NCBI GenBank assembly: GCA_964615185.1
Contig: CAZTOS010000056.1
Location: 1-15,204, forward strand
Direction of reading: 5' to 3'
DNA: 15,204 bases
Origin: an uncultured Thermococci archaeon
Lineage (GTDB): Archaea > Methanobacteriota_B > Thermococci > Thermococcales > Thermococcaceae
Shown one piece after another: positions 13,549 to 15,204 of the stretch. The notes under the pieces were generated by a model that ran no database searches, was not told the origin of the DNA, and saw only the letters and a program-made list of their open reading frames with translations. Each line of letters begins with the position of its first letter. Within the stretch, counting starts at the first letter, position 1. The position numbers and the translations under genes are program-made.

Positions 13549-14724
13549 TCACCTGTCAATGTCGGGCGGGCAGTTATCAAGACTCATTAATATGACTGGA
13601 ACATCAGCTATCCTCGCTCCAACTAACAGCTGCTCAAGGACTCTGATACCATGTGCGATGCTTGGCCCTCTTATCTGCACCCTATAAGGCTTGTTCCCAC
13701 CATCGCTGACTACATAGGCACCAAAGTCTCCTTTCGTGCTTTCAACGTGAGCAAATGCATCTCCAGCTGGAACCTTGAACCTCGGCAAGTTCTTCAGCCT
13801 TGGATCTTGGACTTTGTATGGTCCACTTGGTGGTCTCATTTCAAGGAGCTGCTCCAGTATATATAAGTCCTGCTCAAGCTCGTATCTTCTAATTAATGCC
13901 CTTGCCAGTGCATCCCCCTCTTTTAACACTGGAACCTCAAAGTCAAGCTCTGGGTAAAGCAGATATGGATCCATCCTCCTTACATCATATGGAACGCCCG
14001 TTGCCCTTAAGTTTGGCCCAGTCACTCCCTCAGCCAGCGCAAACTTCTTATCCATAACACCAATTCCTTCCATTCTCTTGAATGTTATGTAGTTCTCGAA
14101 AACGAGGTGATCAAAGTCGGGGAGTTTGCTCTTTATGTATTCAACCGTATCCTTCAGCTGACGGAGCCACTTATCCCCAGGAATGTCTCTTCTAACTCCG
14201 CCAATTTTTGTGTAAATGTGATAAACACTTGCCCCAGTTAGCTCCTCAAAGAGCGCCATGAGCCTTTCTCTGTAAGCTGCAGCCCACTGACCAGCAGTAT
14301 AAACACCAAGCTTGAAGCTGAGACCCATTATCCAGAATAAGTATGCAGAAACCCTTGCCATCTCCAAGACTGTCGTTCTAATCCACTGTGCCCTCTCCGG
14401 AACCTCCCAGCCCATCAATTCATCAACAGCCATTGAGTAAATTGCCTCTGGAACATCTGGTTCTGGGACACAAATTCTTAAGAGCAGGGCGATGTTTGTG
14501 TACCAGGGTCTGAGTTCAGCTAACTTTTCAAATCCTCTGTGCAAAAATCCAGGATTTGCTATGGCTTTAACAACCCTATGACCGTCCATTTTGAGGATTA
14601 TGCTGAAGTTTTCAGTGGCCATGTGCTGAGGACCGAAGAACAACTCATAAGTATCTTTGTCGAGGGGTAAAAGCTCCATGCCATTTTCTCTCGCTTCTTT
14701 AATAAGTTCGCTTTGTGAAACCAT
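13549..14724 (-). CDS. mbxL: Membrane-bound sulfane reductase (MBS/MBX) catalytic subunit L, NuoD-like
   Basis: 'FGPQH', 'GFLHRGFEK', 'RICVPE' (C85) and C-terminal 'DNCPPDIDR' (C385), numbered from ATG14724. Only two of the four NiFe-hydrogenase Cys are present, the MbsL signature. Confidence 0.93.
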   Translation of the reverse strand: MVSQSELIKEARENGMELLPLDKDTYELFFGPQHMATENFSIILKMDGHRVVKAIANPGFLHRGFEKLAELRPWYTNIALLLRICVPEPDVPEAIYSMAVDELMGWEVPERAQWIRTTVLEMARVSAYLFWIMGLSFKLGVYTAGQWAAAYRERLMALFEELTGASVYHIYTKIGGVRRDIPGDKWLRQLKDTVEYIKSKLPDFDHLVFENYITFKRMEGIGVMDKKFALAEGVTGPNLRATGVPYDVRRMDPYLLYPELDFEVPVLKEGDALARALIRRYELEQDLYILEQLLEMRPPSGPYKVQDPRLKNLPRFKVPAGDAFAHVESTKGDFGAYVVSDGGNKPYRVQIRGPSIAHGIRVLEQLLVGARIADVPVILMSLDNCPPDIDR

Positions 14725-14734
14725 TTCTCTCACC

Positions 14735-15204
14735 TCAAATCACGTAATTGTCTTTGTTCTCATCAAATCTGTCCAAAATCTTGTATTTCTTTTTGACATA
14801 GCTCAGCATGTCAAAGTCCTTTCTGTGTGGGAACAGTCCTTGCTCTGCATCATCAAGAATCCAAGGCATCTCCATCTTCTCATTACCCTCAAAGTAAACT
14901 CCATAGAAGTCATGAGCGTCTCTCTCATAGGTTTCTGCAACTGGGTAAATATCCTTGACTGTTGGCATCCTTGCCTTATCTAACTCCCTTGGAATCCTCA
15001 TCTTAACCATTGCATGAGTTCTGTGGGTTATGCTCCACATCTGGTAAACCAGCTCATATTCCCCTTCTTTTAGCCAGTCAACCACCGTTATCTGAAGCAT
15101 GAGCTCAAAGTTGTTTTCTTTTAGTAGGGTCAAAAAATCTCTTATCCTGTCTGCCGGTACTTTGAACTCAATTCTCCGCTCTCTTCTAACCCTTCCCTCA
15201 GCAT
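14735..15204 (-). CDS. mbxK: Membrane-bound sulfane reductase (MBS/MBX) subunit K, NuoC-like; 5' end outside the window
   Basis: 'ITVVDW', 'YPVAETYERDAHDFYGVYFEGN', 'FPHRKDF'. The frame stays open to the window edge (AEGRVRRERRIEFKVPADRIRDFL). Confidence 0.9.
   Translation of the reverse strand, partial: AEGRVRRERRIEFKVPADRIRDFLTLLKENNFELMLQITVVDWLKEGEYELVYQMWSITHRTHAMVKMRIPRELDKARMPTVKDIYPVAETYERDAHDFYGVYFEGNEKMEMPWILDDAEQGLFPHRKDFDMLSYVKKKYKILDRFDENKDNYVI

Noticed and set aside
13549..14724. NiFe-hydrogenase large subunit (MbhL) or true complex I NuoD
   Set aside because: Lacks both CxxC nickel motifs and has the C85/C385 pair typical of MbsL.

Overview
Archaeal DNA, almost certainly Thermococcales (Thermococcus-like), judged from GGTGA ribosome-binding sites, TTTAAA/TTATA TATA boxes, DUF257 paralogs and the mbs/mbx operon. 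Left to right: (1) a transposase-less IS200/IS605-type element encoding a small ribbon-helix-helix protein and a TnpB with a rearranged RuvC-II, plus a structured right-end omega-RNA; it appears inserted into a DUF257 gene. (2) An intact DUF257 paralog, a PQ-loop membrane protein and a helical-repeat protein. (3) A CPHC thioredoxin-fold lipoprotein with a CcdA/DsbD-type membrane protein. (4) A CBS protein with a NapA-type cation/H+ antiporter. (5) An unusual Fe-S/sulfur-relay operon: an IscS homolog that has lost its PLP-binding residues but kept the mobile-loop Cys, then TusA, then IscU fused to a DUF59/SufT-like domain. (6) An HTH regulator with a C-terminal Cys/His cluster, divergent from a DUF438-hemerythrin-PAS protein, with two ATGAC-N4-G(T/G)CAT boxes between them. 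(7) An M24 peptidase homolog with a degenerate metal site and an unknown RpiA/NagB-fold-like protein. (8) The 3' end of the membrane-bound sulfane reductase operon (mbsK-L-N). The best candidate for a new system is the PLP-less IscS-TusA-IscU/DUF59 operon, which suggests Fe-S assembly from inorganic or sulfane sulfur rather than cysteine. All family calls come from motif recognition by eye; no searches were run.
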